Shown: positions 24,701 through 38,376 of the stretch, piece after piece | Layout of the letters: each line of letters starts with the position of its first letter | How positions within the stretch are numbered: position 1 is the stretch's first letter | Assembly: GCA_964016885.1 (NCBI GenBank) | Contig: OZ024757.1 | Location: 41,540,001 to 41,604,000, forward strand | Origin: Eledone cirrhosa | Lineage: Eukaryota | Length of the DNA: 64,000 nucleotides | Direction: 5' to 3' | Notes under the pieces: model-generated | What the model was told of the DNA's origin: nothing | The model's database searches: none | What the model saw: the letters and a program-made list of their open reading frames with translations, nothing else | Position numbers and translations under genes: made by a program

Positions 24701-27700
24701 TGTGTGGTACCTTGGATAAGTATTTTCTACTGTAGCCTCAGATTGACCAATGTCTTGTGGGTCAGTCATACTGTGTGGTACCTTGGATAAGTATTTTCTA
24801 CTGTAGCCTCAGGTTGACCAATGTCTTGTGGGTCAGTCCTACTGTGTGGTACCTTAGACAAGTATTTTCTACTGTAGCCTCAGGTTGACCAATGTCTTGT
24901 GGGTCAGTCCTACTGTGTGGTACCTTGGATAAGTATTTTCTACTGTAGCCTCAGGTTGACCAATGTCTTGTGGGTCAGTCATACTGTGTGGTACCTTAGA
25001 CAAGTATTTTCTACTGTAGCCTCAGGTTGACCAATGTCTTGTGGGTCAGTCCTACTGTGTGGTACCTTAGACAAGTATTTTCTACTGTAGCCTCAGATTG
25101 ACCAATGTCTTGTGGGTCAGTCCTACTGTGTGGTACCTTGGATAAGTATTTTCTACTGTAGCCTCAGGTTGACCAATGTCTTGTGGGTCAGTCCTACTGT
25201 GTGGTACCTTAGACAAGTATTTTCTACTGTAGCCTCAGATTGACCAATGTCTTGTGGGTCAGTCCTACTGTGTGGTACCTTAGACAAGTATTTTCTACTG
25301 TAGCCTCAGGTTGACCAATGTCTTGTGGGTCAGTCCTACTGTGTGGTACCTTGGACAAGTATTTTCTACTGTAGCCTCAGGTTGACCAGTGTCTTGTGGG
25401 TCAGTCCTACTGTGTGGTACCTTAGACAAGTATTTTCTACTGTAGCCTCAGGTTGACCAATGTCTTGTGGGTCAGTCCTACTGTGTGGTACCTTGGACAA
25501 GTATTTTCTACTGTAGCCTCAGGTTGACCAGTGTCTTGTGGGTCAGTCCTACTGTGTGGTACCTTAGACAAGTATTTTCTACTGTAGCCTCAGGTTGACC
25601 AATGTCTTGTGGGTCAGTCCTACTGTGTGGTACCTTAGACAAGTATTTTCTACTGTAGCCTCAGGTTGACCAATGTCTTGTGGGTCAGTCCTACTGTGTG
25701 GTACCTTGGACAAGTATTTTCTACTGTAGCCTCAGGTTGACCAGTGTCTTGTGGGTCAGTCCTACTGTGTGGTACCTTGGATAAGTATTTTCTACTGTAG
25801 CCTCAGGTTGACCAGTGTCTTGTGGGTCAGTCCTACTGTGTGGTACCTTGGATAAGTATTTTCTACTGTAGCCTCAGGTTGACCAATGTCTTGTGGGTCA
25901 GTCCTACTGTGTGGTACCTTGGATAAGTATTTTCTACTGTAGCCTCAGGTTGACCAATGTCTTGTGGGTCAGTCCTACTGTGTGGTACCTTGGATAAGTA
26001 TTTTCTACTGTAGCCTCAGATTGACCAATGTCTTGTGGGTCAGTCCTACTGTGTGGTACCTTAGACAAGTATTTTCTACTGTAGCCTCAGGTTGACCAAT
26101 GTCTTGTGGGTCAGTCCTACTGTGTGGTACCTTGGATAAGTATTTTCTACTGTAGCCTCAGGTTGACCAGTGTCTTGTGGGTCAGTCCTACTGTGTGGTA
26201 CCTTAGACAAGTATTTTCTACTGTAGTCTCAAGTTGACCAATGTCTTGTGGGTCAGTCCTACTGTGTGGTACCTTGGATAAGTATTTTCTACTGTAGCCT
26301 CAGGTTGACCAATGTCTTGTGGGTCAGTCCTACTGTGTGGTACCTTGGATAAGTATTTTCTACTGTAGTCTCAGGTTGACCAATGTCTTGTGGGTCAGTC
26401 CTACTGTGTGGTACCTTGGATAAGTATTTTCTACTGTAGCCTCAGGTTGACCAATGTCTTGTGGGTCAGTCCTACTGTGTGGTACCTTGGATAAGTATTT
26501 TCTACTGTAGCCTCAGGTTGACCAATGTCTTGTGGGTCAGTCCTACTGTGTGGTACCTTGGATAAGTATTTTCTACTGTAGTCTCAGGTTGACCAATGTC
26601 TTGTGGGTCAGTCCTACTGTGTGGTACCTTGGATAAGTATTTTCTACTGTAGCCTCAGGTTGACCAATGTCTTGTGGGTCAGTCCTACTGTGTGGTACCT
26701 TGGATAAGTATTTTCTACTGTAGTCTCAGGTTGACCAATGTCTTGTGGGTCAGTCCTACTGTGTGGTACCTTGGATAAGTATTTTCTACTGTAGCCTCAG
26801 GTTGACCAATGTCTTGTGGGTCAGTCCTACTGTGTGGTACCTTGGATAAGTATTTTCTACTGTAGCCTCAGGTTGACCAATGTCTTGTGGGTCAGTCCTA
26901 CTGTGTGGTACCTTGGATAAGTATTTTCTACTGTAGCCTCAGGTTGACCAATGTCTTGTGGGTCAGTCCTACTGTGTGGTACCTTGGATAAGTATTTTCT
27001 ACTGTAGTCTCAAGTTGACCAATGTCTTGTGGGTCAGTCCTACTGTGTGGTACCTTGGATAAGTATTTTCTACTGTAGTCTCAGGTTGACCAATGTCTTG
27101 TGGGTCAGTCCTACTGTGTGGTACCTTGGATAAGTATTTTCTACTGTAGCCTCAGGTTGACCAATGTCTTGTGGGTCAGTCCTACTGTGTGGTACCTTGG
27201 ATAAGTATTTTCTACTGTAGCCTCAGGTTGACCAATGTCTTGTGGGTCAGTCCTACTGTGTGGTACCTTGGATAAGTATTTTCTACTGTAGTCTCAAGTT
27301 GACCAATGTCTTGTGGGTCAGTCCTACTGTGTGGTACCTTAGACAAGTATTTTCTACTGTAGCCTCAGATTGACCAGTGTCTTGTGGGTCAGTCCTACTG
27401 TGTGGTACCTTGGATAAGTATTTTCTACTGTAGTCTCAGGTTGACCAATGTCTTGTGGGTCAGTCCTACTGTGTGGTACCTTGGATAAGTATTTTCTACT
27501 GTAGCCTCAGATTGACCAATGTCTTGTGGGTCAGTCCTACTGTGTGGTACCTTGGATAAGTATTTTCTACTGTAGCCTCAGATTGACCAATGTCTTGTGG
27601 GTCAGTCCTACTGTGTGGTACCTTAGACAAGTATTTTCTACTGTAGCCTCAGGTTGACCAATGTCTTGTGGGTCAGTCCTACTGTGTGGTACCTTAGACA

Positions 27701-28945
27701 AGTATTTTCTACTGTAGCCTCAGATTGACCAATGTCTTGTGGGTCAGTCCTACTGTGTGGTACCTTGGATAAGTATTTTCTACTGTAGCCTCAGGTTGAC
27801 CAGTGTCTTGTGGGTCAGTCCTACTGTGTGGTACCTTGGACAAGTATTTTCTACTGTAGCCTCAGGTTGACCAGTGTCTTGTGGGTCAGTCCTACTGTGT
27901 GGTACCTTGGACAAGTATTTTCTACTGTAGCCTCAGGTTGACCAGTGTCTTGTGGGTCAGTCCTACTGTGTGGTACCTTGGACAAGTATTTTCTACTGTA
28001 GCCTCAGGTTGACCAATGTCTTGTGGGTCAGTCCTACTGTGTGGTACCTTGGACAAGTATTTTCTACTGTAGCCTCAGGTTGACCAGTGTCTTGTGGGTC
28101 AGTCCTACTGTGTGGTACCTTGGACAAGTATTTTCTACTGTAGCCTCAGGTTGACCAGTGTCTTGTGGGTCAGTCATACTGTGTGGTACCTTAGACAAGT
28201 ATTTTCTACTGTAGCCTCAGGTTGACCAATGTCTTGTGGGTCAGTCATACTGTGTGGTACCTTGGATAAGTATTTTCTACTGTAGCCTCAGGTTGACCAG
28301 TGTCTTGTGGGTCAGTCATACTGTGTGGTACCTTGGATAAGTATTTTCTACTGTAGCCTCAGGTTGACCAATGTCTTGTGGGTCAGTCCTACTGTGTGGT
28401 ACCTTGGATAAGTATTTTCTACTGTAGCCTCAGGTTGACCAATGTCTTGTGGGTCAGTCCTACTGTGTGGTACCTTAGACAAGTATTTTCTACTGTAGCC
28501 TCAGATTGACCAATGTCTTGTGGGTCAGTCCTACTGTGTGGTACCTTGGACAAGTATTTTCTACTGTAGCCTCAGGTTGACCAATGTCTTGTGGGTCAGT
28601 CCTACTGTGTGGTACCTTGGATAAGTATTTTCTACTGTAGCCTCAGGTTGACCAGTGTCTTGTGGGTCAGTCATACTGTGTGGTACCTTGGATAAGTATT
28701 TTCTACTGTAGCCTCAGGTTGACCAATGTCTTGTGGGTCAGTCCTACTGTGTGGTACCTTGGACAAGTATTTTCTACTGTAGCCTCAGATTGACCAGTGT
28801 CTTGTGGGTCAGTCCTACTGTGTGGTACCTTGGATAAGTATTTTCTACTGTAGCCTCAAGTTGACCAATGTCTTGTGGGTCAGTTCTACTGTGTGGTACC
28901 TTGGACAAGTATTTTCTACTGTAGCCTCAGGTTGACCAATGTCTT
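21742..28945 (+). repeat. 71-bp satellite array, about 101 copies (7.2 kb)
   Basis: Unit GGGTCAGTCCTACTGTGTGGTACCTTGGAYAAGTATTTTCTACTGTAGCCTCAGGTTGACCAATGTCTTGT; period checked at 21781 and 21852; no spacers. Confidence 0.99.
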
Positions 28946-31884
28946 ACTCAGGCCCACTGTGTGTGGAATGTTGTAGAGAGAAATGTGTTTATTATAAAAT
29001 TTTGCCTCGGGTGTCAGTTTGAACCTCGACATAGTTTGAGAAAGAAGCAGAACTCAAAGGAAGCTATAATAATGGTTTCTTATATAGGCACAAGGTCAGC
29101 AATTTTGGGGGAGAGGAAAATCGATTAAATCAACCCCAGTACGTCACTGGTACTTTAAAATATCAAGCCCTGTAAGGGTGAAAGGCAAAGCTAACCTCGG
29201 CAGGATTTGAACTCAGAACTTAAAGGGTTGTAACTCTATACAACAAAGCATGGTGTCTGATGTTCTACTGATACTGCTAATCTGATAATAATAATCACAA
29301 TCACAACATTTTCACAGCTCCCCCCTCCCCCTCTCCCCCCCTCAAAGTGTTAAAATAGGTTTATATGACTTGAGAAGAAGAAAAAGTGAAAACCCTTCTT
29401 TTTTTTTCGGAAGAGTTTGAGAAACTTAATTGTAACAAAGTACACAGACAGGAGAGGATGGTGGGGGCGGGGGGTTAGAATAAACACCACCCTCGAGAAG
29501 GAGGAGAGAGAGAGACATAAAGAGAGAGAGAGATAAAGATGGAATAAATCCCAAATCCCTTCAAAAAAGAAAGAGAAAGAGAGAGAATAAACCAGGATAT
29601 ACAACAACAACAACAATAACAATAACAAATATATATATAAAATATAATATAGAAATCTAAAAATCTAAAATCTAAGATATAAATCCTTTCTCACCTTGAT
29701 TTAAAGCAATGTAATCTTCGTTTGGAAAGCTGTTAAAAGATTTTAAACTATGATCCAACAGATAATGGTGAGATTTGCACAAATCAGAACCATATTGAAC
29801 AAATAGATATGACAAACTGTATAAAAACAATATAAAAAACAATAATGTCGAACATATATGCAGAAAAAAATATAATATGACGCTAATAACAAATATATAT
29901 ATATATATATACATATAACATATATATATATATAACAAATATATATATATGCATATAACATATATATATATATATATAACAAATATATATATATATACAT
30001 ATAACATATATATATATATAACAAATATATATATATACATATAACAAATGAATATATATATACATATAACAAATGAATATATATATACATATAACAAATA
30101 CATATATATATATGTACACATAATAACAAATATATATATATACATATAACAAATATATATATAATAACAAACATATATACACACATAATAACAAATATAT
30201 ATATATATACGCATATAACAAATATATATATATATAGATATAACAAACAAAATATATATATATATACATATAACAAATATATATACATATAACAAATATA
30301 TATACATACATATAACAAATATATATATATATATATACATAATATACAGTATGGTTACCTAAATCTTTTCAGCTGAAATCCTCTTATCTAACTTAGGAAT
30401 AATTTTGGATATTATAGTTATGGAGAGTTTCTTCTTCGCCTTCTTCTCCTTCTTCTTCTTCTTTGTCTCTTTCTTCTTCGCCTTTGCCTTCTTCTTCTTC
30501 TTCTTCTTTTCTGCTACTTTAGCGTTTGGTTCTTTACCGAGACATAACCCAAATCTTAAAGATTATGTATGCAAATATGTGGGTATATATATATATCATC
30601 ATCATATATGTGTATATATATATAAATATATATGAGACAGATGGATATTGATAGATATTCTTATATATATATGTATGTATATATGTATATATAACATGCT
30701 TATATGCATTTATATATATATATATAACATGCTTATATGCATTTATACATATATATAACATGCTTATATGCATTTATATATATATATGTATATATATGTA
30801 TATATATTTGATACACATAGACATATGTCCCTGCGTACATGACACCCTAATGTCGCACTCAAGGACACAGACAGGCACACACAAACAGATACACACAGGC
30901 ACACACAAACAGATACACACAGAAACACACACACAGATACACACACAAACACACACACACACAATACACACACATGAAGAAAATCACTTCCTTCAAATCT
31001 TACAAGATATGAAATGGTAAATATAAAAAGCAAAAAAAAAACCTTTTTGTAATGAAAGAAAACAAAGATCCTGAGTTGTTGTTTCCAATCTGTAATCTCT
31101 TTCTATTCCTGATTAAGACAGAATGGCGTAGTTATATGGCTTGTAATAACACATTTGATGGCTTGGTAGTCTGGATGATTAGATGGTTGACTAATATAAG
31201 CTAAAGTTGTGAGAGCTGACAATCAGAATAATGGATGTGGTGATGGTAAGAGCTGATGATACAGTGGCAGTGTGTGGTGAGAGAACATGCTAGATGGCGC
31301 TATGACAAAAGTTTCCAAATTCATCGATGAAGGCTTTCAAAATGTTTATTTATAAACATACCGTATATCTCCAGATATACAATTCCCTATTCCTTTTTGA
31401 ACTCTTGACCAGTCAATTAACACAATCAGATATACACACACATATTTACAGGATATTTCCTTTACCCCACAAAAAATAACTTTGTTCTGTATAGAAACAC
31501 AACCACCAACTCTGCTGCGACTATCTTCACTACCAATTTTGAGCAAGAAAGATGGGGAAAAAACTTACTCCACCACTTAATTTTAATTTTAAATCTTTCA
31601 TTTTTAGTTTTTAACTCCTATTAATCCTTTTAAATTTTTTATTTCAATACTCAACATTTGATAAGATGAATTTTAATAATACATCGAAGCCGGTAATACT
31701 TTATATACTTTATATACTTTATAAAACATTTTTTTTTTTAAATTGTCCCTCTCATCTTTTCAATAATGTCATCTTTTCAATAATGTCACTTTGACGAATC
31801 AAAGAAAGGATAAAAAAAAGAAAAACAGACCCTAAAATATATTTCCCATGCTAATTCCAACTTCACCTTTTTTCTCTCTCTCTC

Positions 31885-31920
<36 letters not shown>

Positions 31921-31925
<5 letters not shown>

Positions 31926-32048
31926 AAAAGAAATCGAAAATGCAACTGGAGTCTTTTAAGAATATTTATTTATTTACTTTACCGGTTTCACAGTTCTATG
32001 ATTTTCAAAAATTGAGATGGAAGGTTTGTGTTTCTGTTTCTTTCGTGG
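31921..32048 (-). mobile_element. Degenerate single-arm copy of the hammerhead-bearing family HH-D
   Basis: Shares GAAATCGAAAATGCAACTGGAGTCTTTT..TTTACCGGTTTC..TTTTCAAAA..TTGAGATGGA with 56097-56377. Confidence 0.7.
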
Positions 32049-32170
32049 TATATGCATATATATATATACACACATGCATATATATATACACATGCATATA
32101 TATATATACACACATGCATATATATATACACATGCATATATATATATATACACATGCATATATATATATA

Positions 32171-32291
32171 TAGGAAAAGAGTCGGGATCACAACAACTGA
32201 GCTCCAGCCGTTTCGACAGCTAGATCCGAACTAAGCCAGAAATAGCTGTCGAAACCGCTTGAGCCCTGCAGTCGGGGTCTGACGCTTTTCC

Positions 32292-32293
<2 letters not shown>
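32171..32293. mobile_element. Imperfect fold-back element in (TA)n; related single arms at about 16351, 37878 and 38043
   Basis: Arms TAGGAAAAGAGTCGGGA..GCTCCAGCCGTTTCGACAGCTA and TAGCTGTCGAAACCGCTTGAGC..TCTGACGCTTTTCCTA. Confidence 0.7.
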
Positions 32294-32355
<62 letters not shown>

Positions 32356-32951
32356 TATATATATTCATGTAAAAGTTACAAAGTTACCTCCTCTTGAGTG
32401 TGCAGTGTGTATTCCTTCATCTCTAAGTTACAGTACTTATTGTAGCTTCCTAGTTTTATAGCTGTAGCTGTGCCAGGAATCTACTGGCATCTATTTCTAT
32501 AGTTTCACATATTTCTGCACGAATAACTTCAGACTACGGACTACAAATGCTTGTCTTCTTGATTGGCATTTCATAAAACGGCTCAACTGATTGAAGCAAA
32601 ACAACTCTTTTTAATAGCAATTAATTTTCACTCATCTTTTCCACTATTCGTTTACCAATTCAATCAACTTCTCTTTCCTCCATCTTGTTTTTTTTTGTTT
32701 TTTTTAAATTTTATTTACCTATTTATTTTGTTTATTTTTATTTTGTGTTTATTTTTTGTATATTTTCGCACCCCTCCTCTCTCTCTCCCTCTCTCTGCCT
32801 CTCTCTATCTCTCTCTCTATCTATCTATCTATCTCTATCTCTCTCTCAAGCTATTCTCCCCCCCCCATTGCTTCACCACACCCCTTCACTTTCTGTATTT
32901 ATTTTCATACTACCCCCCTCCCTCTTCCAACCCCTACTGTCTCTGTCTCCC

Positions 32952-33080
32952 AGTACACCAACCACAATTGGTACCACTTCTACATGTCTAACCTACTAAC
33001 TACTCCCTGTGTACCAACCACAGTTGGTACCACTTCTACATGTCTAACCTACTAACTACTCCCAGTACACCAACCACAAT
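32952..33080 (+). repeat. About 55-bp tandem duplication (about 2.3 copies)
   Basis: CCAACCACA(A/G)TTGGTACCACTTCTACATGTCTAACCTACTAACTACTCCC repeated. Confidence 0.85.
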
Positions 33081-33840
33081 TTCCTGATTTCCCTCTTTCA
33101 CTCCTGGTATTTCTCAACTCTCTCCCTTTCCTTCTCCTTCCCCCTCTGGTCCCATGGTGAAACAATATCCACAATTCTTGCCTTTAATTCTTCATTTTTA
33201 CAACAACAAAGACAGGCTTTCTATTATTATTCAGACACCCTGCTTTGCTATGACCCTTTACATTCTGAGTTCAAATCCTGCCGAAGTTAGCTTTACCTTT
33301 TATCCTTACAGGGTCGATAAAATAAAGTACGAGTAATGCTCTCAGGTAATTGCTGGCCTTGTGCCAAAAGTAGAAACAATTATTATTAGAGCGTCAGACG
33401 CCATACTTTGCAGCAAAGAGTTACGGCCCTTTATGGTCTGAGTTCAAATCCTGCCAAGGTTAAGTTTGCCTTTCATCCTTACAGGGTCGATAAAATAAAG
33501 TACCAGTAATGTACTGGGGTCGATTTAATCAACTTTCCCCTCTCCCCAAAAATTGCTGGCCTTGTGCCTATATAAGAAACAATTATTATTATTATCCCTT
33601 GCCATTCTGAGTTCAAATCCCGCCGAGGTTAACTTTGCCTTTCATCCTAACGGGGTCGATAAAATAAAGTACCAGTAATACACTGGGTAATTGCTGGCCT
33701 TGTGCCTAACGTAGAAACAATTATTATTATTATTCAGGTAAATAATAACCTAATGTAAAGTCTAGAGCTGATTGATTTTAATTCAATTTCCAATATTAAT
33801 TTATAAAAATAAAGTATTAAATAGTTAAATGAAGGACAGA

Positions 33841-34145
33841 ATCCACCATCACCACCACCATCATCACCATCATCACCATCACCACCATCATCATCACCAC
33901 CATCATCATCATTATCACCACCAACATCATCACCACTGTCACCATCATCACCATCACCATCACCACCACCACCATCACCATCATCATCATCATCATCACC
34001 ATCACCACCACCATCATCACCATCATCACCATCACCATCATCACCACCATCATCATCATCACCACCAACATCATCACCACTGTCATCATCATCACCATCA
34101 CCATCACCACCACCATCACCATCACCACCACCATCATCATCATTG
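33841..34145. repeat. (CAC/CAT)n microsatellite
   Basis: Source of the poly-His ORF. Confidence 0.97.
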
Positions 34146-34257
34146 TCGTAAATGGTGGAAGTAAGGTGTTAATGAGCTCAATTAGTGATTAAGGTGAGGA
34201 ATCGGTAGATTCGTTAAGACGGGGCATTAAATACCTCAATATTTGTGTCAGCTTATG

Positions 34258-34472
34258 AGTGGTGTGGTGTGGTGTGGTGTGGCATGGCGTAGCGTGACAT
34301 GGTGCGGCGCGGGGTAGTGTGGTGTAGAGTAGTGTGGTGTAGTGTAGTGTGGTGTGGTGTGAGGTAGTGTAGTGTGGTGTGGTGTGAGGTAGTGTGGTGT
34401 AGAGTAGTGTGGTGTAGTGTGGTATACAGTGGTGTAGTGTAGTGTAGTGTGGTGTGGGGTAGTGTAGTGTAG
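34258..34472. repeat. (GTGTG/GTAGT)n pentanucleotide microsatellite
   Basis: Direct inspection. Confidence 0.95.
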
Positions 34473-34637
34473 TCTTTCTATAATCTAACAGCCATCAATC
34501 AATGTCAACTCAAACTTTTAATTAACATAGTCGTTATATTGTGTTTAATTGGTTTTCTATGAACTATAACTTACTTTCTCGTGACAACCAGGAATATTAC
34601 TAAAATAGTACTAAATGATATTACCGGTACATAATCT

Positions 34638-34818
34638 AGTTGGTTGGTTGGATGGTTGGTTGGTTGGTTGGTTGGTTGGATGGTTGGTTGGTTGGTTGGC
34701 TAGCTGCCTCGTTGGTTGGTTGGCTTGGCTAGTTGCCTGGTTGGTTGGTTGGTTGGCTTGGCTAGTTGCCTGGTTGATTGGTTGGTTGGTTGGTTGGTTG
34801 GTTGGTTGGATGGTTGGT

Positions 34819-34853
<35 letters not shown>

Positions 34854-36330
34854 TTGGATGAGTGGTCAGAGGGATGGTTGGCAAGCTTTTTACAGCTGGA
34901 TCCCCTTTCTCTGACCAACAACTTTACATCATGATTTCCTTTGAATGAAACAGTTCTAGTACTGTAGAAGACATTTCTATATTAAATATTGCTGTATACA
35001 CTCTCTTAATGTATTGAGTACGTTACTTACTGTGGTTACCCCCCCCCCCCCCGATTGAACCCAGGACTCGCATGTATATACACACACATACACACATATG
35101 TGTGTGTATATATATCTTTGAAAAGGAACCTGAGTGATCATATTTGAAATAACATTGACCATTGATATACGGGAATAACTTCATTATAGAGTTTAGTGTC
35201 TCACAGCAGTAATTTGTCCTGAAAATTTGAAAAAAAATTGAGATGTATCGTAAACTAGATATTGGGGTTTATATTATATCTTATTTATGTCATTTGTTTC
35301 CCAATGCCAGCTCTGGCCAAACGGTAGACCAGGTCATTCTATAATTCCATTAGTTCTCTGCAAGATTATTTTACTAGCAGAATTTTCAAGAACTAGCAAC
35401 CATCATTGATCACATAGCAACCATAAATAGATTTACAATAAATGGACTTTCTCCTCCTTTTGCAAGTTCCCTACCAATATATCTACCTGGCTGGTTGGTT
35501 GGTTGGCTGGTTGGCTCTACTACCTACCTACCTACCTGGCTGACTGGTGGCTGGTTGGCTGGTTGGTTAGTTGGCTGGCTGGTTGGTTGGCTGGTTGGTT
35601 AGTTGGCTGGTTGGCTCTACTACCTACCTACCTACCTACCTACCTGGTTGACTGGTGGCTGGTTGGCTGGTTGGTTGGTTGGCTGGCTGGTTGGTTGGTT
35701 GGTTGGTTGGTTGGCTGGTTGGTTGGTTGGCTGGCTGGCTGGTTGGTTGGTTGGCTGGCTGGTTGGTTGGTTGTTTGGTTGGCTGGTTGGTTGGTTGGCT
35801 GGTTGGCTGGTTGTTTGGTTGGCTGGTTAGTTGGTTGGTTGGCTGGCTGGTTGGTTGGTTGGCTGGCTGGCTGGTTGGTTGGCTGGTTGGTTGGTTGGCT
35901 GGTTGGTTGGTTGTTTGGTTGGCTGGTTGGTTGGTTGGCTGGTTGTTTGGTTGGCTGGTTAGTTGGTTGGTTGGCTGGTTGGTTGGTTGGCTGGTTGTTT
36001 GGTTGACTGGCTGGTTGGTTGACTGGTTAGTTAGTTGACTGGCTGGTTGGTTGACTGGTTAGTTAGTTGACTGGTTAGTTAGTTGGTTGGCTGGTTGGTT
36101 AGTTGACTGGCTGGTTGGTTGGTTGACTGGCTGGTTGGTTGGCTGGCTGGTTGGTTGGCTGGTTAGTTGGCTGGCTGGTTGGTTGGCTGGTTAGTTAGTT
36201 GACTGGCTGGCTGGTTGGCTGGTTAGTTAGTTGACTGGCTGGCTCTACCCCCTACCTACCCCTACCTACTCCCCCTCCCTCCTACCTACCCCTACCCCTA
36301 CCTACCCCCATACCTACCTACCTTCCTGGT
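34638..36330. repeat. (GGTT/GGCT)n tetranucleotide tracts (34638-34870 and 35485-36245) with (CCTA)n segments
   Basis: Source of the WLVG/WLAG ORFs. Confidence 0.95.
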
Positions 36331-36908
36331 TTAGTCAGCTCTAGAAAATTATTGATCATTGGTTGTCATTTATAATTTTATACTTACACCTTGCAGTCAT
36401 TTATATCACAGGTAGATAATCTATTTAGTGTCTACGAAGTGGAATGTATTTAGTGAAAATGTGGAATGTCACTCTACTTTTCTTACAATATCTCTTTCAA
36501 ATACATCTCTTACTTTATTCTGAAGGAGGCTAACATTTTCTCTCAATAACATTTCATATCATCCTATTTTTCTTTCCCTTATCTATCCCCTATTTTTTTT
36601 CCCTTTCTATCCTTTACTTTCTCCTATTTTTCCTCCCCTTTTCATCCTTTACTCTGCCCGAATTTTTTCCTTTTCTCTCCCCTATTTTTTTTTCCTTTTC
36701 TCTCCTCTGATGAAGGACTAGTGTTCGAAACGTCAAGACCCTCTTCCTGCTATATCAAGCATTAATCTAATATATTCCTTCCATATACTGTACCGATTGT
36801 GTTGTTATTTCTGTTTACCTTTTGCATACATACATATATATATATTTATAAATGTATATTAAGTATATATATGTGAATATATATATATATATATGTGTGT
36901 GTGTATTA

Positions 36909-36955
<47 letters not shown>

Positions 36956-37146
36956 GATAATTTAGGATCCTTTAGCATATCTCTAGCTCAGTCTATCTAC
37001 AGAGGTTTAAAGTGCAAGGTTTATATAGAAAGATTACGGTGAAATTTTCTGGTGTCTTATTCTTCATTTCAGATAGTCATTCTTCTCTTTGACTGATTCT
37101 GTTTATACAGGGAAATACATTTAAAGATTTACATTAAAATATGCAT

Positions 37147-37204
<58 letters not shown>

Positions 37205-37246
37205 ATATATATAACCATATATATAGACATATTAACACACACACAC

Positions 37247-37284
<38 letters not shown>

Positions 37285-37315
37285 CATTTAATGCCCATAT
37301 TTCTTGCTCGCAAGG

Positions 37316-37402
<87 letters not shown>

Positions 37403-37572
37403 ATATATATATGATATACATAAAGTATATACATTATATGATTGTATATATAAATACACACAGCCATATATAAATATATATATACATACATATTTCATAC
37501 ATAGACATATATATATATATATAAGCATAAATGTATATTATGATTATATGTACATATATATACACACACACA

Positions 37573-37608
<36 letters not shown>

Positions 37609-37843
37609 CATATATTTAACAGCAGCGAGGAGGTCAGAAATGTTAAGACGTACTATATTATCTATAGAAATATTGGGTTTTATGGGTGTGTTTTGCTTTA
37701 GTAGCTGTGAGATTAAAATTTATCATGGATTCTATGCAGTATGATTTTAGTCATGCAAAGGTCAATGTTTTTCTTACGGTGTCTCTCTTTATTCTGCCTG
37801 TTGGTTCGTTTGATGCTAGCAAAGTGTTTAAATGCAATTATTA

Positions 37844-37879
<36 letters not shown>

Positions 37880-38008
37880 GGAAAAGTGTCAGGACCTCGG
37901 CAGCTGAGCTCTGGCCATTTCGATTTCGATGCAATTATTAATATATATAATATATATAATATATATAATATATATATATATATATATAATATATATAATA
38001 TATATATA

Positions 38009-38046
<38 letters not shown>

Positions 38047-38093
38047 AAAAGAGTCAGGACCCTGATGGATGAGCTCCGGCAGTTTCGACAGTT

Positions 38094-38298
38094 AAGTGCC
38101 AAGAAATCCCAGTAGAAGGAAGACGCCGTAGAGGAAGACCACAAAAAACATAGGCGGAGGTGGTGAGAGCTGACCTCAGATCGCTGAAGCTCACGGAGGA
38201 GATGACAAAGGACTGTGACAAGTGGAGAGATGCTGTGCTGAATAGGACCCGTCCCACCCTTGCAAGCAGGGGAAAGCGGACGTAAAATGATGATGATG
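38094..38298 (+). mobile_element. RTE-clade LINE 3' fragment with a (TGA)n tail
   Basis: KCQEIPVEGRRRRGRPQKT*AEVVRADLRSLKLTEEMTKDCDKWRDAV; 3' end nearly identical to the SINE tail at 7208-7262. Confidence 0.85.
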
Positions 38299-38376
38299 TT
38301 AATGATATATATATATATTTAATATAGAAATGGCTTCTACAGGACTAGAACTGTTTCATTCGAGAGAAATCATCTG

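Noticed and set aside
21742-28945. CRISPR-like array
   Set aside because: Units are contiguous with no unique spacers, there are no cas genes and the context is eukaryotic; it is a SINE-derived satellite
29690-30400. Possible small minus-strand exons (AAG/GTGAGA near 29695, TAG/GTAACC near 30358)
   Set aside because: Splice-like motifs are frequent by chance and no recognisable peptide results
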